Positions 60,283-64,000 of a stretch of DNA of 64,000 nucleotides are shown in pieces; position 1 is the first letter of the stretch; every line of letters starts with the position of its first letter. The notes under the pieces were generated by a model. That model worked only from the letters and a program-made list of their open reading frames with translations, did not search any database and was not told the origin of the DNA. Made by a program: the position numbers and the translations under genes. Origin of the DNA: Clostridiaceae bacterium (GTDB taxonomy: Bacteria > Bacillota > Clostridia > DUPQ01); assembly GCA_012838235.1 (NCBI GenBank), contig DUPQ01000070.1, forward strand, positions 13,454-77,453, read 5' to 3'.

Positions 60283-61979
60283 TTGCTACCTTCCTTATCG
60301 CTGTTCCTTATCTCGCCCCTCTTTATTTTCCCGCCTATGGTTTTGGGCAACTCTTCCGTAAACTCTATAATCCTGGGGTATTTATACGGTGCTGTTACTT
60401 TCTTTACATGGTTCTGAAGCTCTTTTATGAGCTCTGCCGACGGTGTATAACCTTTTTTCAGTACTACCGTGGCTTTAACTATCTGGCCTCTCAATTGATC
60501 GGGAACCGCGGTTACGGCACATTCCACAACGGCCTCATGTTCCAGGAGGGCGCTTTCCACTTCAAAGGGACCTATTCTGTATCCCGAACATTTTATAACA
60601 TCATCATGTCTTCCTACAAACCAGTAATATCCCTGGTTGTCGCGCCATGCCACGTCTTTAAGGTTATACACTCCGTTCTGAATGTGCTGCTTTGTAAGCT
60701 CCGTATCTTTATAATACCCTAAGAACAATCCTACCGGATGCTCGCTTTCCATATTGCGTACGGTTATTTCTCCTTCTTCACCGTCTTCACAGGCAATACC
60801 GTCCGCATTTATAAGCTGTATGTCATAGAGGGGAGCGGGTTTTCCCATGGAGCCGGGCTTGGGTTCAATCCACTTAAAATTGGCTATCATTACGGAAGAT
60901 TCCGACTGACCGAAGCCTTCGGTAAGAGGTTTTCCGGTAATCTCTTTCCACTTTCTGAATATTTCCGGATTGAGCGGTTCCCCTGCGATACAGAAACGTT
61001 TTATGGAAGAAAGATCATATTGCTTTACATCTTCCTGAAGCATAAACCGAAACATGGTAGGGGGAGCACAGAATGTGGTCAGTCTGTACTTTTCCATCAT
61101 TTTAAGAAGATTGGCGGGTATGAACTTTTCCATGTCATATGCGAATATGACGGCACCGCATATCCATTGCCCGTAAATCTTGCCCCAACCGAACTTTGCC
61201 CAGCCGGAATCGGATACGCTCATATGCAGTTTTCCTTTTTCCACGCACTGCCAGTACTTTGCCGTAACTATATGTCCTAAAGGGTAGGAGTAATCGTGAT
61301 GTACCATCTTGGGCATTCCCGTTGTACCGGAAGTGAAGTACAAAAGCATGGTGTCTGTAGTTTTTGTAGCCTCTTTTCCTGCAGGTCTTTTGAATACATC
61401 GGAGCATTTGAAAGCCTCTTCAGAAAAATCCTTCCATATCTCACTTACAGTACTTCCCTTGTTTCTATCAGTGTTGTTATCCCTGTTTACAAGTATAAGG
61501 TTCTTAACCGTAGGACAATCGGGAAAAGCGCCTTCGGTCTGTGCTATTACGAAATCATCGTTTAAGCAAATGATTGCTTGCACATCGGCGGCATTTGCCC
61601 TGTAAGTTATGTCTTTTTTGGTAAGCTGTAACGAAGCGGGTATGAGTACGGCACCTATCTTGTGTAATGCCACGGCTATTATCCAGTATTCCCATCTTCT
61701 TCTCAAGATGACAAGTACCGTAGATCCTTTTTTTATACCTAAACTTATGAAGTAATTGGCCGCCCGGTTGGACAGTTTCTTAATGTCGGCAAAAGTAAAA
61801 TGCATCTCGTTTTGCAAGTCGTCACACCAGACCAATGCCGGCATGTCTTTATCCTGCTCTGCCCATGCATCCACTATATCAAATCCGAAATTGAAATTGT
61901 CCGGAACAATTACCTTGTAATTTTGCTTGAAGTCTTCATAGGAGGCAAATTCCGTTCTGGGAAGGTATTTTTCTAACAT
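60279..61979 (-). CDS. AMP-forming acyl-CoA synthetase (medium-chain/ACSM-like)
   Basis: 566 aa. LYFTSGTTGMPKMV, GEPLNPE, GYYWFVGRHDDVIKCSGYRIGPFEVE, LPKTIGGKIKR. Confidence 0.9.
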   Translation of the reverse strand: MLEKYLPRTEFASYEDFKQNYKVIVPDNFNFGFDIVDAWAEQDKDMPALVWCDDLQNEMHFTFADIKKLSNRAANYFISLGIKKGSTVLVILRRRWEYWIIAVALHKIGAVLIPASLQLTKKDITYRANAADVQAIICLNDDFVIAQTEGAFPDCPTVKNLILVNRDNNTDRNKGSTVSEIWKDFSEEAFKCSDVFKRPAGKEATKTTDTMLLYFTSGTTGMPKMVHHDYSYPLGHIVTAKYWQCVEKGKLHMSVSDSGWAKFGWGKIYGQWICGAVIFAYDMEKFIPANLLKMMEKYRLTTFCAPPTMFRFMLQEDVKQYDLSSIKRFCIAGEPLNPEIFRKWKEITGKPLTEGFGQSESSVMIANFKWIEPKPGSMGKPAPLYDIQLINADGIACEDGEEGEITVRNMESEHPVGLFLGYYKDTELTKQHIQNGVYNLKDVAWRDNQGYYWFVGRHDDVIKCSGYRIGPFEVESALLEHEAVVECAVTAVPDQLRGQIVKATVVLKKGYTPSAELIKELQNHVKKVTAPYKYPRIIEFTEELPKTIGGKIKRGEIRNSDKEGSK

Positions 61980-61987
61980 ATTTACTC

Positions 61988-62536
61988 CTATTCCGCTATA
62001 ACCGTAAGAAATACTACAGGCACATCCGATGCGCAGGCCTGACCGTGAGAGTGAGTTGCATTGAAATAAATGCAGTCTCCTTCGTCTAATATTATCTGTT
62101 GATCATCAAAAGAAAATGCCATTTTACCTTTGATAACGTAGTTGAATTCCTGACCGGTATGGCTTACAAGAGCGGCCGGTTCATCCGAAGGATCCAGTGT
62201 TACCAACAGCGGTTGCATTATCTTTTTCGAATAGCGAAAAGCCAGATCGGTATAGTTGTACCCGGGATATCTGTCCACTTCCTTGCCGTGTCCGGCTTTT
62301 ACCATATGGTATGTATCCAGTTTTGCCGATGTTCCGGTAAGTATCTCGGAAAGATCCACTCTGAACTTATTGGCTATATGGAATATGACGGAAATGGGTA
62401 TGTTCTGTCCGTTTTTCTCATATTCGCGATATGTTTCAATATCGATATTCAACTCTTTTGCCATATCTTCCTGTGAATATCCGCAGGCATCTCTTATACC
62501 AGCAATCCTTCTTGCAATCTCCATTGTCTCTTCCAT
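61988..62536 (-). CDS. XRE-family HTH plus cupin-domain transcriptional regulator
   Basis: 182 aa. IAGIRDACGYSQEDMAKELNIDIETYREYEKNGQNIPISVIFHIANKFRVDLSEIL. C-terminal cupin GDCIYFNATHSHG. Confidence 0.85.
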   Translation of the reverse strand: MEETMEIARRIAGIRDACGYSQEDMAKELNIDIETYREYEKNGQNIPISVIFHIANKFRVDLSEILTGTSAKLDTYHMVKAGHGKEVDRYPGYNYTDLAFRYSKKIMQPLLVTLDPSDEPAALVSHTGQEFNYVIKGKMAFSFDDQQIILDEGDCIYFNATHSHGQACASDVPVVFLTVIAE

Positions 62537-63069
62537 TACAGTTCACTCCCGATCTTAAGCGCTTTTCTGTTCAGTTCCATCATGTCCGCTTTTCTTGGCG
62601 GGACACATTTCAATAAAGCTTCCTCCAATGCGTTTTCCGTGCAGAATTTTGTTTCTTTCAGCATTTTACCCAGCATTATCATATTGGCCAGTCCCGGTAA
62701 TCCGTTATCAGCCGCCAGGCGTGTTGCAGGTACATAGAAGACATTTATATCTTCTCTGTGCACTTTTTTGTCTATTATTGAGCAATCCACTAAAACGGTG
62801 CCTCCGGGTACTACCTTATCAATAAATTTCTCCAAAGAGGGAAGATTCATGGCCACCAATATGTCGGGATTTATAACCAGCGGCGACCCTATCAGGTCGT
62901 CGGATATGCAGACCGAACAGTTTGCCGTTCCGCCTCTCATTTCCGGACCGTAGGAGGGAAGCCAGGTTATCTGCCTGTTATCCATAAGTCCCGCATACGC
63001 CGCCATCTTACCTAAGAACAATATGCCCTGACCTCCGAAACCTGCCAGAAGAATATTCAGTGTACTCAT
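62536..63069 (-). CDS. 2-oxoacid:ferredoxin oxidoreductase gamma subunit
   Basis: 177 aa. ILLAGFGGQGILFLGKMAAYAG, SYGPEMRGG. Confidence 0.9.
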   Translation of the reverse strand: MSTLNILLAGFGGQGILFLGKMAAYAGLMDNRQITWLPSYGPEMRGGTANCSVCISDDLIGSPLVINPDILVAMNLPSLEKFIDKVVPGGTVLVDCSIIDKKVHREDINVFYVPATRLAADNGLPGLANMIMLGKMLKETKFCTENALEEALLKCVPPRKADMMELNRKALKIGSEL

Positions 63070-63815
63070 TTTGTTGTACCTCCGACATCCTTATATACTC
63101 CCAAAGGATAGTAGGGAATCATGTTATCTCTCAGCCATTGTAAAGATTCCTGTGCATCCAATCCCCAGTTGGTGGGGCAGGTGGATAACACTTCCACTAT
63201 GGAAAAACCTCTTTTTTCTATCTGGTAGGTAAAAGCCTTTTTTATTGCTTTTTTAGCATTTTGAACATTCTTTACGTTATCTACCGAGACTCTTTGTGCC
63301 AGTGCCGTCCCTTCCAGTGTTGCCAGCATCTCACATACTCTTATGGGATGACCGGAATAAGAAGTATCTCTTCCGTACGGAGTGGTCTGTGTTACCTGAT
63401 TGGGTAAACTGGTGGGAGCCATCTGACCTCCGGTCATACCGTATATGGCATTATTCACGAATACCACCGTGATGTTTTCACCCCTTACGGCTGCATGAAC
63501 GGTTTCCGCCGTTCCTATTGCCGCCAGATCTCCGTCTCCCTGATATGTGAACACTATATTTTCCGGTATGGCTCTTTTTAAGCCGGTTGCAACCGCAGGA
63601 GCCCTGCCGTGCGGAGCCTGTACCATATCACAGGCAAAAAAGTTATAGTTCATGACCGAACAGCCTACGGGAGCCACTCCCACGGTATGACCTTCTATTC
63701 CCAGTTCGTCTATAGTTTCCGCTACCAGTCTGTGTATTATTCCGTGAGTACATCCCGGACAATATGTAAAGGGTACATCCAACAGTGCTTGGGGTTTTTG
63801 AAATACTACAGCCAT
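63066..63815 (-). CDS. 2-oxoacid:ferredoxin oxidoreductase beta (TPP-binding) subunit
   Basis: 249 aa. YCPGCTHG, GDGDLAAIG, NNAIYGMTGGQ. Confidence 0.9.
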   Translation of the reverse strand: MAVVFQKPQALLDVPFTYCPGCTHGIIHRLVAETIDELGIEGHTVGVAPVGCSVMNYNFFACDMVQAPHGRAPAVATGLKRAIPENIVFTYQGDGDLAAIGTAETVHAAVRGENITVVFVNNAIYGMTGGQMAPTSLPNQVTQTTPYGRDTSYSGHPIRVCEMLATLEGTALAQRVSVDNVKNVQNAKKAIKKAFTYQIEKRGFSIVEVLSTCPTNWGLDAQESLQWLRDNMIPYYPLGVYKDVGGTTK

Positions 63816-64000
63816 TACTTGACACCTCCCGTTAATTTCCTTATCTCATTCAATACCTCGTCGGGAGCGGGTATTATACCGCCCGTCCGTCCGTAAAAGG
63901 CAACCGGTTTTCTTCCGTTGACACAAAGCCGGACATCATCCACCATCTGTCCCATGCTCATTTCCACGCATAAGAAGGCTTTTGCATGAGCGATATGTTT
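63815..64000 (-). CDS. 2-oxoacid:ferredoxin oxidoreductase alpha subunit (partial, N-terminus beyond window edge)
   Basis: Not in the track. My own translation is ...KHIAHAKAFLCVEMSMGQMVDDVRLCVNGRKPVAFYGRTGGIIPAPDEVLNEIRKLTGGVK*, with a TAATG overlap with the beta subunit start. Confidence 0.8.
   Translation of the reverse strand, partial: KHIAHAKAFLCVEMSMGQMVDDVRLCVNGRKPVAFYGRTGGIIPAPDEVLNEIRKLTGGVK

Overview
This window looks like a low-GC Firmicute (Clostridia) chromosome. The gene content resembles Ruminococcus/Oscillospiraceae-type anaerobes, but that placement is my inference.

From about 29 kb to 64 kb the window is mostly housekeeping:
- feoA-feoA-feoB iron uptake
- an MMPL transporter with a TetR regulator
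- a complete argGHCJBDF operon on the minus strand
- rex-hydC-hydB-hydA-hydS-PP2C, i.e. an electron-bifurcating [FeFe] hydrogenase plus a sensory hydrogenase
- a methyltransferase, an acyl-CoA synthetase and a 2-oxoacid:ferredoxin oxidoreductase that runs off the right edge

Small accessory modules are interspersed:
- an AbiL-like ATPase plus RloB/TOPRIM pair
- an XRE antitoxin next to a decayed Gp49/HigB-type toxin
- a Fic-like protein lacking the catalytic His
- a relBE-type toxin-antitoxin pair

The left third (about 1.2-21.3 kb) is a visibly more AT-rich accessory block and holds the most interesting content. It is a tightly packed 13-gene plus-strand operon (6626-21260) encoding:
- a ClpP paralogue
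- a degenerate SpoVK/CbxX-like AAA+
- a soluble VirD4/TraG-like ATPase fused to an L7/L12-CTD-like domain
- a coiled-coil protein
- a zinc-ribbon-FHA protein
- an orphan NrdG-type radical-SAM activase
- a ClpB/ClpV-like AAA+ with a dead D1 ring
- a PP2C phosphatase
- a Hanks-type Ser/Thr kinase
- two polytopic membrane proteins
- two paralogous MM3350/PRiA4-ORF3-like proteins

A STAND regulator (OmpR-type wHTH, NB-ARC, TPR) is encoded divergently from the operon. An identical 22-bp tandem 11-mer (TTTTGTTAGGA x2) sits about 93-95 bp upstream of two start codons: the operon's first gene and a nearby secreted FN3/Big_2/C39-like peptidase gene. This suggests one regulon.

I do not recognise this gene combination as any named defence or secretion system. 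I saw no rRNA, tRNA, CRISPR array, transposase or integrase.
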